DNA of 64,000 nt from an uncultured Chloroflexia bacterium (GCA_963766735.1 CAVYBU010000003.1:128001-192000); one strand, 5' to 3'. Positions 9,166 to 18,803 are shown, counted from the stretch's first letter. Numbers and translations: made by a program. The notes: generated from the letters alone by a model not told the origin.

Positions 9166-10532
9166 GCGGCCGTCTCCCGCGTGCCGCCGGTCAACCGGAG
9201 GAAGACATCCTCCAGGGTGGGACGGGCCCGTGCAACGGAGATGACGGCCAGGTCCTGCGCCCCGACAAGCTGCAGGAGCTCGCGGGCAGCCACGCTGGGG
9301 TCACCCACGGCCACGGTCAGCAGACCGTGGTCCACGCCCACGGCGGTCACCCAGGTCAGCCCGCGCAGCCGCGCGGCCAGCGCCTCGACCGCCGCCTCCT
9401 GCCCGGGCTCGGCTTCGACCCTCCAGACTGGCAGCGCGTACCTGTCCAGCAGGTCCTCGAGGGGTCCCTCTACGACCAGCCTCCCGTGGTCCAGGATCCC
9501 GACGCGGTCGCAGATGCGCTCCACGTCCGCCAGCACGTGGGTGGAGAAGAGGACGGTGGTCTCGCCGCGCAGGGCGGCGATCAGGCCCAGCACGTCCCGC
9601 CGGCCCTCGGGATCCAGGGCGCTGACGGGCTCGTCCAGGATGACGATGGGCGGGTGGTGGACCATCGCCCCAGCGATCCCGAGCCGCTGGCGCATGCCGC
9701 CCGAGTACGTGGCGGCTCGCCGGTCCGCGGCGCCGACCAGATCCACGCGGGCCAGCGTGTCGTCGATCGCGGCCTCGAGGACCGAGCCCTCCATCCCGTG
9801 CAGGCGCCCGAGAAGGCGGATCTGTTCCCGGCCGGTCATCCAGCCGTAGGCTCGAGGATCCTGCTCGAGGTAGCCCAGGCCGCGGCGCGCGGCGAGCACA
9901 TCCCCCTCGACGACCGTGCCGCCCACGATGGCACGCCCGCCGGTTGGTCGGGTAAGCCCGGCCAGCAGACGCAGGCAGGTGGTCTTGCCGGCGCCATTGG
10001 GTCCCAGGAGGCCGAACACCGACCCGGTCGGGACGGCCATCGACAGCGCGTCGAGCGCGATCACCCCGCCGGGAAAGCGCTTGGTGAGCCCCTCGACCCG
10101 GATCGCGGCGGGCGCGTCGGGCAGCGGCGCCCGCGGTGGCGGAGCGGGCGCGGCATCGACGGGAGCGACCGGGGACGCTTTGGTCCGCGCGACGTCGGCG
10201 GGCCCTCCCGGCGCAGCCACGCCCGCCTGCGGCCCGACCAGGATCGGCGGGTCGTGCGGGCTCCCCCAGCCAGGCACGGCGCCCGGACCCGGGCCACGTG
10301 TCTCTGATGGCCCCTCGTCCCGGCCGACCAGGAAGTACAGGATCGGGCCCAGGAGGTTGACGAACACGATGATGAGCGCCCAGACGCCCTTGTTCCCGCC
10401 GCGCACCCGGCGATCATCCCGCAGCAGGTCCACGACGGCCACGACCGTCAACCCGAGCTGGATCACCAGCAGCGGCACGACGAGCAACAGGATGCCCGGG
10501 TCGAAATTGCCCAGATCCGGGATGTTCACCAT
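9162..10532 (-). CDS. PLDc_N (YxlE-like) membrane domain fused to ABC ATPase
   Basis: N-terminal DLLRDDRRVRGGNKGVWALIIVFVNLLGPILYFLVGR, Pro-rich linker, GPNGAGKTT, YSGGMRQR, LDEP; start ATG 10532 behind GGAGG. Confidence 0.88.
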   Translation of the reverse strand: MVNIPDLGNFDPGILLLVVPLLVIQLGLTVVAVVDLLRDDRRVRGGNKGVWALIIVFVNLLGPILYFLVGRDEGPSETRGPGPGAVPGWGSPHDPPILVGPQAGVAAPGGPADVARTKASPVAPVDAAPAPPPRAPLPDAPAAIRVEGLTKRFPGGVIALDALSMAVPTGSVFGLLGPNGAGKTTCLRLLAGLTRPTGGRAIVGGTVVEGDVLAARRGLGYLEQDPRAYGWMTGREQIRLLGRLHGMEGSVLEAAIDDTLARVDLVGAADRRAATYSGGMRQRLGIAGAMVHHPPIVILDEPVSALDPEGRRDVLGLIAALRGETTVLFSTHVLADVERICDRVGILDHGRLVVEGPLEDLLDRYALPVWRVEAEPGQEAAVEALAARLRGLTWVTAVGVDHGLLTVAVGDPSVAARELLQLVGAQDLAVISVARARPTLEDVFLRLTGGTRETAA

Positions 10533-10643
10533 GCCCTCCAAGGTAGTACCTGGCAGCCGGTCCTGTCACGGCGCGCTGTAGACTCAGCAGTGCCTGCGAC
10601 GCATCACGTCGCGGCAGTCCCGACACGTCCCCGGAGGAGCACC

Positions 10644-11465
10644 ATGACCGACGACCGCGAGCGCTGGGCCCTGATCCTCGGGGCGTCCTCCGGGATGGGC
10701 CAGGCCACCGCGCTCGCGCTGGCCGCGAATGGCTACCGCATCGCCGGCATCCACCTCGACTTCCGCGCCGCCCTCGCGCACGTGGAGGAGGTCAAGGGCC
10801 AGATCACCGCACTCGGGTCCGAGGCGCTCTACATCAACATGAACGCGGCCGACGACGAGAAGCGCCGCGCGGCCCTCGTGACGCTCGGCGAGCGCTTCGA
10901 TCGATCGCGTGCCGAAGGCCGGCATCCGTACGTGCGCGTCGTCATGCACTCTCTCGCCTTCGGGTCGCTGGTCCCGTACCTGGCCGAGGATCCGAAGGCC
11001 GCCGTGGACCGCAAGAAGATGGAGATGACCCAGGACGTCATGGCGAACAGCCTCGTCTACTGGGTGCAGGACCTCTGGCGGGGCGGGTTCCTGGAGCAGG
11101 GCTCCAAGATCTACGCGATGACGTCGGAGGGCTCGACCCGCGTGGTCCCGAGCTACGGCGTCGTCTCGTCCGCCAAGGCGGCGCTCGAGTCCCACACCCG
11201 GCAGCTGGCGATGGAGCTGGCGCGGCTGGGCACGGGGGTCACGGCCAACACGATCCGCGCGGGCGTCACGAAGACCCCGGCTCTGATGAAGATCCCGGAG
11301 CACGACGCCATCATCGAATCCGCCACGCGGCGGAACCCCACCGGACGGATGACGACGCCCCAGGACGTGGCCAGCACGATCCTCGCGCTGTCCGGCGAGG
11401 GAACGGAGTTCATCAACGGCGAGGTCATCGGCGTCGACGGTGGCGAGTACATCACCGGGTCGTAG
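10644..11465 (+). CDS. SDR oxidoreductase, FabL-like enoyl-ACP reductase
   Basis: GASSGMG, SYGVVSSAK (Yx6K spacing of enoyl reductases), RNPTGRMTTPQDVA, VDGG; SD GGAGGAG. Confidence 0.8.
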   Translation: MTDDRERWALILGASSGMGQATALALAANGYRIAGIHLDFRAALAHVEEVKGQITALGSEALYINMNAADDEKRRAALVTLGERFDRSRAEGRHPYVRVVMHSLAFGSLVPYLAEDPKAAVDRKKMEMTQDVMANSLVYWVQDLWRGGFLEQGSKIYAMTSEGSTRVVPSYGVVSSAKAALESHTRQLAMELARLGTGVTANTIRAGVTKTPALMKIPEHDAIIESATRRNPTGRMTTPQDVASTILALSGEGTEFINGEVIGVDGGEYITGS

Positions 11466-11490
11466 CCGGACAGGAAGGGGCGTCACTCCG

Positions 11491-12537
11491 ATGAGCGGTC
11501 GGGTCCTCGTCGTCGGATCGGTCAACGTGGATCTCGTGGTCCAGGCGGAGCGCCTGCCGCTGCCCGGCGAGACCGTCATGGGCGGCACGTTCAGCCGCTT
11601 CCACGGCGGCAAGGGAGGCAACCTGTCGGTGGCCGCGGCCAGGCTCGGCGTGCCGGTCATGCTGGTCGCCGCGCTCGGCGACGACGCGTTCGGCGACGAG
11701 GCGCGGGCCGCGCTGGCGCGCGAGGGCGTGGGCACAGACGTCCTGGTCACCCTGGAGCGCACCGCCACCGGCGTGGCCCTGATCATCGTGGACGCCAAGG
11801 CCGAGAACCAGATCACCGTGGCGCCGGGTGCGAACGCAGGGCTTACCGCAGCCCACGTCCGGGCGGCCCTCGGGCGGCTCGCGCCGCACCGCGGCGATGT
11901 CGTCATCACGAACCACGAGATCCCGGCCGAGGCGGCCCGTGAGGCGCTCCGGATTGGCCGCGAGGGCGGCGCCTGGACGATCCTCAACCCGGCTCCGGCC
12001 AGCGGCCTGGATCGCTCCGTCATTGGCCTGGCCGACGTGCTGACGCCAAATCGCGGGGAGCTGGCCAGGCTGGCAGCGGACGATGCACGTCGCTCCGGAC
12101 GCGCCGCCACCGGTGCCGAGGAGACGATCAGGACCGCCCGGACCCTGCTCGAGACCACGAGCGAGGGACCCGGCGCCGGCGAGGCCATGCTGGTCAGCCT
12201 TGGCCCGGGCGGGGCGGTGCTCGTCAGGCGCGGCGGGCCGGCGATCGACATCAAGGCGCCCAGGGTGAAGGCGATCGACGCGACCGGGGCTGGCGACGCG
12301 CTGAACGGGGCGCTGGCCGCCGCGCTCGCGGGCGGGCTCAGCCTCGAGGCGGCCGCGCGCCGCGCGGTCGTGGCGGCGAGCCTATCGGTCACCCGCGCCG
12401 GCGCTCGCGAGGGCTACCCGACCCTGGACGAGCTGGCGGCGGCTCTCGGGGAGACGCCGGTGCCTGTAGTGCCGGTGGTGCCGGTGGTGCCGGCCGGGAA
12501 CCCGGCTGACGCGCCCGACGAGGCGCCCCCGGCCTGA
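11491..12537 (+). CDS. rbsK: Ribokinase / PfkB family kinase
   Basis: VVGSVNVDL, GGKGGN, LNPAP, TPNRGE, DATGAGDALNG. Confidence 0.85.
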   Translation: MSGRVLVVGSVNVDLVVQAERLPLPGETVMGGTFSRFHGGKGGNLSVAAARLGVPVMLVAALGDDAFGDEARAALAREGVGTDVLVTLERTATGVALIIVDAKAENQITVAPGANAGLTAAHVRAALGRLAPHRGDVVITNHEIPAEAAREALRIGREGGAWTILNPAPASGLDRSVIGLADVLTPNRGELARLAADDARRSGRAATGAEETIRTARTLLETTSEGPGAGEAMLVSLGPGGAVLVRRGGPAIDIKAPRVKAIDATGAGDALNGALAAALAGGLSLEAAARRAVVAASLSVTRAGAREGYPTLDELAAALGETPVPVVPVVPVVPAGNPADAPDEAPPA

Positions 12538-12582
12538 CCCAGGACCACACCCGGGCCGGACCGCGGGCGGGCCTATCGCGAC

Positions 12583-13653
12583 TCAGCCGACCCGACCCTC
12601 GGCAACCCACGCGCTGCACTGGCGCGCCTCAGGGGTCATTCCCAGGCGCGCGGCGTCGTCGACCCACCACGCCGCCAGCCCGCGCGCCCGTGCCTCCTCT
12701 CCGATGCCATCCCTGCCGGCCAGGAACAGGGCCTTGCTCCAGACCTCGGACCAGGCGGGATCGAGGCCGGCAACGGTGACGGCGATCAGGCCGGTCCTGG
12801 CAGGGGCACCGGTGTTCGGGTCCAGCAGGTGGTGGACCCGCGCGCCGTCCGGTCCCACCCAGTTGCGGACCCGGACGGAGGACGTCGCAACCGCGCCGCG
12901 CTCCATGGCCAGGACGGCCAGCGGCTCGGCGTCCGGTCCCGCGAGCACGGGGTCCTCGACCCCCACTCGCCAGCCGCCTGGCGGGGCCGCACCGGCGCTC
13001 ACGATGTCGCCCCCGGAGTCGAGGAGCAGCCCGGCGCCGGCGGGGAGGCCCTCGATGGCCGCCGCGGCGGCCCACCGCAGCGCGAGGCCCTTGCCGATCC
13101 CCCCGCTGTCCACGGGCGCCGCGGGTGCCTGGACGAGGCTGGCGCCAGGCGTTCCGGCCGGGATGAGGCGGACGACCGCCTCGGTGTCCGCCCGGGCACG
13201 ATCGAGCACCTCGAGCGCCGCACCGCGCTCCCCGATCCGCTCGAGGTCAGTCAGCACCGACGCGTCGAACCGGCCGCCGGTCAGGCGGCGCGCGCGGTCG
13301 ATAGCCGCCAGCATCGTCCGGAGCCGCCACGAGACCGCGATGACGCGACCGGTCCCGGCGAGCCGGTTGAGCGCGGTCAGCTCGCTGTCGTCGCGGAACC
13401 GTGAGAGGGCGTGGTCGACCTGATCGAACTCCGTCCGGACCCGGTCCCAGGCGAGGGTTGGGGCGTCGAGGCCAACGGCTCCGGAGCGCCCCGGGGCATC
13501 GCCGGTGCCGGCGAGCCGAACGTGGAGCGTCAGCCTCGATCCCAGCGCACGCGACGAGAACTCGACGACATGCTCGGGATCGTCGGGTTCGGGATCGGAT
13601 CCCGGTGGCCCCAGCGCCGTGACGTCCTTCCCGGCGCCGGCGGGCCGGCCCAC
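12583..13653 (-). CDS. apbE: FAD:protein FMN transferase ApbE
   Basis: LSRFRDDSELTALN, TGGRFD, DSGGIGKG, DSGGDI, WRVGVEDP, VATSS, HHLLDP, EVWSKALF; no obvious signal peptide; start uncertain. Confidence 0.92.
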   Translation of the reverse strand: MGRPAGAGKDVTALGPPGSDPEPDDPEHVVEFSSRALGSRLTLHVRLAGTGDAPGRSGAVGLDAPTLAWDRVRTEFDQVDHALSRFRDDSELTALNRLAGTGRVIAVSWRLRTMLAAIDRARRLTGGRFDASVLTDLERIGERGAALEVLDRARADTEAVVRLIPAGTPGASLVQAPAAPVDSGGIGKGLALRWAAAAAIEGLPAGAGLLLDSGGDIVSAGAAPPGGWRVGVEDPVLAGPDAEPLAVLAMERGAVATSSVRVRNWVGPDGARVHHLLDPNTGAPARTGLIAVTVAGLDPAWSEVWSKALFLAGRDGIGEEARARGLAAWWVDDAARLGMTPEARQCSAWVAEGRVG

Positions 13654-13658
13654 GGGCG

Positions 13659-14216
13659 TCAGCCGCCCGAGGCGGCGGTGGTGGCCTTCGTGGCCGGTGC
13701 CCTGCTGCTGCTGCCGCCCCCGCTGCCGGCGCTCCGAACGGAGACCGTCGGGAGGCTGATGCGGGTCGGAAGGGCAGCAGCGGATCCCCGGACCTCGGCG
13801 ACGAGCGCGGCCAGCTCGTCCAGCCGGGACTGGTACGAGGCGACGTCCCCACCCACGGCCGCATAGTCGCCGGCGAGCGCTCGAGCCGCATCGTCGGCCT
13901 TGACGACCGCGATTTCGAGCGCGTCGTTGGCGGAGCGGGCGGCCGCCACGGCCTCCAGGTACGGCTGGCGCCGGGCCACGATCGCGGCGTCTGAGTCCGC
14001 CTGCATGACCGAGACGCCCGCGAGGGTGACGGCGTAGATCGCCGCGGACGCGCCGATCAGCATGCCGGCCCGGGTCGGGGTGCTGAGAACCGCCTCTGTC
14101 CGCTGGACGGCCGGCCGCGCAGGCCGATCAGTGGGCCGTGCGGCGCCTTCCCGGAGGTAGCGGGGTCGCGCGGGCGACGGGAACGCGACGGCCGGCAGGA
14201 CGCGCTCAGTCGTCAT
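13659..14216 (-). CDS. Membrane-anchored coiled-coil protein with C-terminal TTAASGG tail (candidate flavinylation substrate)
   Basis: One TM (GMLIGASAAIYAVTLAGVSVM), heptad Ala/Leu helix, Gly/Ser linker, ends PATKATTAASGG; overlaps the upstream stop. Confidence 0.7.
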   Translation of the reverse strand: MTTERVLPAVAFPSPARPRYLREGAARPTDRPARPAVQRTEAVLSTPTRAGMLIGASAAIYAVTLAGVSVMQADSDAAIVARRQPYLEAVAAARSANDALEIAVVKADDAARALAGDYAAVGGDVASYQSRLDELAALVAEVRGSAAALPTRISLPTVSVRSAGSGGGSSSRAPATKATTAASGG

Positions 14217-14703
14217 CGTCGTGCTCGCGCGGCGGGGCGGCGGCCTTGGTCGTGGTCGGGGTGCTCCTTCGCGCCGCCGCGTTGATGGCGGCCTGGCGAG
14301 CGGCGGCCTTGTTCAGGGCGGCAAGGCGCGCCTGCCCTGCCTTGAGCTGCGACTGCAGGCTGTCCAGCTTCACCTTTGCCTTGGCCAGGTCGGCCTGGAG
14401 CGACGTGGCGGTCGAGGCGTCGGCCACCACCGCGCCGTTGGCCGTCACGATGGCGCCCTCGAGCGTCGACAGCTGCCCGGCGACCAAGTCGATCTGACCG
14501 GAGAGGTCCTCGGTGCGGGCGACCTCGGCCTCGATGTCGGCGTCGATGCTGGACATCGAGACCGGCGCCGTATCCAGCGGAGCTGCCTCGGCCCGCCAGG
14601 CCGCGGCAACCTGCACGGTCACGACCGCGACCGCGATAACCGCGCCGGTGGCAGCGAGCACCATGGCTCGGCGCACGATGCGGTTGAGCAATTCTCTCGA
14701 CAT
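14206..14703 (-). CDS. Membrane-anchored coiled-coil protein with EHDDDD tail
   Basis: N-terminal TM, ~90 aa coiled coil (LQADLAKAKVKLDSLQSQLK), ends PREHDDDD; TGATG coupling with the upstream gene, SD GGAGGAG. Confidence 0.75.
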   Translation of the reverse strand: MSRELLNRIVRRAMVLAATGAVIAVAVVTVQVAAAWRAEAAPLDTAPVSMSSIDADIEAEVARTEDLSGQIDLVAGQLSTLEGAIVTANGAVVADASTATSLQADLAKAKVKLDSLQSQLKAGQARLAALNKAAARQAAINAAARRSTPTTTKAAAPPREHDDDD

Positions 14704-15446
14704 CAGGACTCCTCCACCAGGACGGGCACCGGCTGAGGCCGGTCAATTGGTGCCTCGGACGCACCGGTGGCAAGTGCGGGGCGCAGCGGGCGTGACCGGG
14801 CGGTCCACCAGCGGTGCCCAACACCCGCCAGAATCGGCAGGCCGGTGGCGAGATACAGGGGGGTCAGCGCGCCGCTGTCGGTGCCGGCGAGCACCGCATG
14901 CACCCAGGCGAGCAGGAAGGTCACGGCCGCGATGCGGTGCACCTTGAGCCACCACCCGGCGGGGAGGAGGCGGGTCCACTTGGCGGTGGCCGCGGTGAAG
15001 ATCATCGCGTAGAGCGCCACCGTCCCAAGGCCCACGGCGACCGGGCGGAACGTCGAGAAGCCCGGCACGAGCGCCCCCATGATGCCGACGTTGGCGAAGG
15101 GATCGATGGCGAGCAGCACGATGTGGAGGACCAGGAAGGCGCCGGTGAACACCGTGACCATCTCGTGCCACGGGAGGACCTGCCTGGTCTTGCGCCACTC
15201 CGCGGTGTTGCGCGGATGGCTCAGGACCAGGCCGAGACCCACTTCCAGCGCGAGCAGCAGGTACGCCGTGATGCCCAGGGCACGCGCCGCGATCCAGGGC
15301 CGCATCTCCACCGTCCGCGGATCCGCAGCCGGGAGGATCTGGTCCGTCACGCCGATGGCGACGAGCGCGGCAACCGCGCACAGGATGACGAGGGTGACGG
15401 GGCTCAGGCGCACAAAGCCACCCCCGCCCGGTACGGCGGCTGGCAC
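14703..15446 (-). CDS. Ferric reductase-like (MsrQ/heme b) transmembrane protein
   Basis: WIAARALG, LPWHE...LVLHI, WWLKVHR...AWVHAVLAGTD: two His pairs for di-heme binding; true start may be ATG 15478 via a 1-nt indel. Confidence 0.85.
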   Translation of the reverse strand: MPAAVPGGGGFVRLSPVTLVILCAVAALVAIGVTDQILPAADPRTVEMRPWIAARALGITAYLLLALEVGLGLVLSHPRNTAEWRKTRQVLPWHEMVTVFTGAFLVLHIVLLAIDPFANVGIMGALVPGFSTFRPVAVGLGTVALYAMIFTAATAKWTRLLPAGWWLKVHRIAAVTFLLAWVHAVLAGTDSGALTPLYLATGLPILAGVGHRWWTARSRPLRPALATGASEAPIDRPQPVPVLVEES

Positions 15447-15593
15447 GTGATCTCGGATTGCGGCGGACGCTTGCGCATGAGGACTCCAAAAGTGTCAGGT
15501 ACCGCTCCGAGTCCGTGCATCGCCCGAAGGTTTCAGCGGCCACGCCACCAATGGTCCCGGGTGGCCGCGGGTCGTCCGTCCGCGCCGCCCCGG

Positions 15594-16559
15594 TCAGGGG
15601 GCGGCAAGCACCTCCGCCACGCGGTCCACGTTCCAGCGCATGAGACCGGTGTACGTGTCCTGCGGCGCGTCTCCGGTGCTGTCGGTGTAGAGCCCCGAGA
15701 CGACGGTCGCGCCGGTCTCGTCCGCGATGGTCCGGGCCAGGTCCTCGCTGAACTGGGCCTCGGCGAAGATGGCCTTGATGCCCTTCTCCCGCACGACGCG
15801 TACCAGTGCCGCGATCTGCGCCGCGCTGGGGTCCTGGCCGGGCGAATCCACGATCGTGCCGTCGATCGTCAGGCCGTACGCAGTGGCGAAGTACGGGAAT
15901 GCGTCGTGGAACGAGAGCACGGTGCGATCGGACGGGGGAATCGCCTCCATCTTCGACCGCAGCTCCGCGTCCAGGTCCGCAAGCGTTCGCCCGTAGACCG
16001 CAGCCTGGTCTCGATAGGCTGCAGCGTTGGCGGGATCCACCTCGGCCAGCGACTCGCCGATCCGTTGCGCGTACTTGGCCGCATACGCGGCGTTGAGCCA
16101 GAGGTGCGGGTTGACGGCCGCCTGGTCCTGCCCGTCGCCGGCGAGGTAGGTCACCCCGGGCAGGTTCTCGCCCAGGTCCACGACCGGCGCATCCGTGCCG
16201 GCGTCGGTCACGAGGTTCCCGAGCCACCCGTCCAGGCCCAGGCCGTTCACAAACACGATGTCCGCCTCCGACACCCGCCGGACGTCGGAAGGTGTGGGAT
16301 CGAACGTATGCACCTCCCCGCCCTTGGGCACCAGGCTGTCAACGTGCACGCGCTGGCCGCCCACCTGGGCAACGAGATCCGCCAGGATCGTGGTGGTGGT
16401 GACGACCCGGAGGGTTCCGGCAGGGACGTCGCCGGACGGGCTCCCACCGCCGCATGCGGCGGTGGCGAGCGCGATCAGCGCCACGAGCGCGATCAGCCGA
16501 GCGCCGCGCGATCGCGTGTTTCCGTCGAGGCGGGATCGGCGGCCGAGCGGCGGGATCAT
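15594..16559 (-). CDS. Metal (Zn/Mn/Fe) ABC transporter substrate-binding lipoprotein, TroA-like
   Basis: Lipobox TAAC, VVTTTTIL, EVHTFDP, NGLGLD, NPHLW, FHDAFPYF, YTDS. Confidence 0.92.
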   Translation of the reverse strand: MIPPLGRRSRLDGNTRSRGARLIALVALIALATAACGGGSPSGDVPAGTLRVVTTTTILADLVAQVGGQRVHVDSLVPKGGEVHTFDPTPSDVRRVSEADIVFVNGLGLDGWLGNLVTDAGTDAPVVDLGENLPGVTYLAGDGQDQAAVNPHLWLNAAYAAKYAQRIGESLAEVDPANAAAYRDQAAVYGRTLADLDAELRSKMEAIPPSDRTVLSFHDAFPYFATAYGLTIDGTIVDSPGQDPSAAQIAALVRVVREKGIKAIFAEAQFSEDLARTIADETGATVVSGLYTDSTGDAPQDTYTGLMRWNVDRVAEVLAAP

Positions 16560-17020
16560 GCAGGCTCATCCTGTCTGGCCTGGCACGCCGAGCACAGGCC
16601 GAAGACCTCGAGTCGGTGGGCCGTGACGCGGAAGCCGGACCGTTGGCCGACCTCCGCGAGTGCCCGGGTCAGGCCGAAGTCATCGACGTCCAGCGACCGC
16701 CCGCAGCCGGTGCAGATCGCGTGATGGTGGTGCACCGGATCGCATGCCACGTAGGCGTGCTCGCCGTCCGGCAGGTCCACGCGCTCCACCAGCCCCAGGG
16801 ACGCGAACAGGTCCAGCGCGCGGAAGATGGTTGCCCGCCCGATCCTTGGCTGGCGTCGGCCCGCGTCCGCCGCGAGGTCGGCTGCGGTGAAGTACCCGTC
16901 GCGACGCGCGACCAGCTCCGCCACCGTGAGGCGCGGGCCTGTGAGCCGGCGGCCTGCCTGGCCCAGGGCCTTGGCCAGGTGGTTCTCGGCTTGCGCCGCC
17001 GGCTCGCGTGTCCCGGTCAT
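16556..17020 (-). CDS. Fur-family transcriptional regulator (Zur-like)
   Basis: RLTGPR, IGRATIFRAL, HHHHAICTGCG, HRLEVFGLCSAC. Confidence 0.93.
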   Translation of the reverse strand: MTGTREPAAQAENHLAKALGQAGRRLTGPRLTVAELVARRDGYFTAADLAADAGRRQPRIGRATIFRALDLFASLGLVERVDLPDGEHAYVACDPVHHHHAICTGCGRSLDVDDFGLTRALAEVGQRSGFRVTAHRLEVFGLCSACQARQDEPA

Positions 17021-17892
17021 GCGGTCGCCGCCGTTTCATCGAGCGTGTCCGCGATGGCCTCACCGCCCCGCCGCCGCCCCAGCATTCCCCGTGGCCCGAA
17101 CACGAGCGCGACGACGAACATGCCGGTCTGGACGAGGACGATCGTGGCACCGCTGGCGACGTCCAGCCAGTAGGAGAGGTACAGGCCGAGGATGGAGCTT
17201 GCGATCCCGACCAGCGCCGCCAGGACCATCAGGCGCGTGAACCGGACCGTGAGCATCTGGGCCGTCGCCGCTGGCGTGACCAGCATCGCCACGACCAGGA
17301 TGATCCCGACCGCCTGCAGGCTGACGACGATCGTGAGCGCCACGAGGGCCAGGAACAGGTACTCGAGACGGTCGACCTTGATCCCTGATGCGGCGGCACC
17401 CAACGGGTCGAATGTTGCGTACAGCAGCTCCTTCCACAGCAGCGCGACGATCGCGAGCACGAGGAGGCCCAGCACCATCAGCCCGACGAGATCCTCGGCG
17501 CTGATCGCCAGGACGTTGCCCAGCAGGAAGCTGAACAGGTCGGCAACGTAACCGTCGATCGTGCTGAACAGGAACACGCCGAACGCGAACGTGCCCGCGA
17601 ACAGGACTCCGATCGCCGTGTCCTGGCGGATGCCCGCCCGCTTCGTCACGAACCCGATCGCGAGGGCTGTTCCCACGGCTGCGATCGCGGCCCCGATGTA
17701 GAACGGGATCGACAGCATGAAGGCGGCGACCACGCCCGGAAACGCGGCGTGAGCGATGGCGTCCCCGATGAACGCGACCCCGCGCAGGACGACGTAGGTG
17801 CCGACGACAGCGCACACCACCCCGACCATCATCGAAGCGATCAGGGCGCGGACGAAGAACCCGAGCGCCAGCGGTTCCAGGACGAGATCCAT
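17017..17892 (-). CDS. Metal ABC transporter permease (ZnuB/MntB family)
   Basis: GTYVVLRG...GDAIAHAAFPG, DTAIG, LLGNVL, TFDP, AVGIILVVAMLVTPAATA. Confidence 0.94.
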   Translation of the reverse strand: MDLVLEPLALGFFVRALIASMMVGVVCAVVGTYVVLRGVAFIGDAIAHAAFPGVVAAFMLSIPFYIGAAIAAVGTALAIGFVTKRAGIRQDTAIGVLFAGTFAFGVFLFSTIDGYVADLFSFLLGNVLAISAEDLVGLMVLGLLVLAIVALLWKELLYATFDPLGAAASGIKVDRLEYLFLALVALTIVVSLQAVGIILVVAMLVTPAATAQMLTVRFTRLMVLAALVGIASSILGLYLSYWLDVASGATIVLVQTGMFVVALVFGPRGMLGRRRGGEAIADTLDETAATA

Positions 17893-18803
17893 CAGCGCTG
17901 ATCCCCCTGGTCGTGGAAGTGGCGCTCGCCCGGGGCGGCGTCATCGTGATGGTGGGCGTCGTCCAGGACGACGGTGCTGCCCTCCAGCACCAGCAGGTGC
18001 CCGCCGTACGCCCGCTCGAGGACACCGGCGTCCAGGACGAGGTTGGACGGGCCGTAGGCGATGACGGTGCGGTTGATCGCCAGGACCTGCTGGAACCGAT
18101 CGGCGGCGCAGGCGAGGTCGTGCGTGGTTGCCACCACGGTCTTGCCGCGGGCCGCCTGCGCCTCGAGGAGATCCATGAGGAGCTCCTGCGTCGTGGCGTC
18201 GATGCCGGTGACGGGCTCATCGAGCAGGAACAGGTCCGGTTCCGCGGCGAGCGCCCGGGCAAGGAACACCCGCCGGCGCTGTCCGCCTGACAGCCGTCCG
18301 ACCTGGGTCCGGCGGTGCGGATCCATCCGCACCTGCTTCAGCGCCTCGGCGACCGCTCGCCTGTCGTCGGGGCCGGGCCGGCGGACGGACCCCAGGCGCG
18401 GGAAGCGGCCCATCATCACCACATCCTCGACCGTGACCGGGAACGCCCAGTCGACCAGCTCTGCCTGCGGGACGTAGGCGACGCGCCGGGACTCACGACC
18501 GGGGACCGCACCGAGGATCTCGATGCGCCCGGTCCAGGGGCGCGCAAGACCGGCCATGAGCTTGAGCAGCGTGCTCTTGCCGGCACCGTTGGGCCCGACC
18601 ACGGCGAGCAGGCTGCCGGGCTCGACTGCCAGCGTCACGTGCTCCAGGGCCGCGCGCTCACCGTACCCGGCCGTCACGTCGCTCAGCCACACGTCCGCGT
18701 GCGCATGGGCGTGCGGTGCCGACAGCTCGTCCTCGTGCACGTGCGGCGGCCGGGCGCCGCGGCCGGAAGGCGCCAGCGTGGCGGTAGGGCTCTCTGGTTC
18801 CAT
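17892..18803 (-). CDS. Metal ABC transporter ATPase (ZnuC/MntA family) with His-rich termini
   Basis: GPNGAGKST, YVPQ, LSGGQRRR, LDEP; start moved to ATG 18803. Confidence 0.93.
   Translation of the reverse strand: MEPESPTATLAPSGRGARPPHVHEDELSAPHAHAHADVWLSDVTAGYGERAALEHVTLAVEPGSLLAVVGPNGAGKSTLLKLMAGLARPWTGRIEILGAVPGRESRRVAYVPQAELVDWAFPVTVEDVVMMGRFPRLGSVRRPGPDDRRAVAEALKQVRMDPHRRTQVGRLSGGQRRRVFLARALAAEPDLFLLDEPVTGIDATTQELLMDLLEAQAARGKTVVATTHDLACAADRFQQVLAINRTVIAYGPSNLVLDAGVLERAYGGHLLVLEGSTVVLDDAHHHDDAAPGERHFHDQGDQR

Noticed and set aside
12455-12495. PVV repeats at the ribokinase C-terminus
   Set aside because: Short slippage repeat in a disordered tail; no functional evidence.
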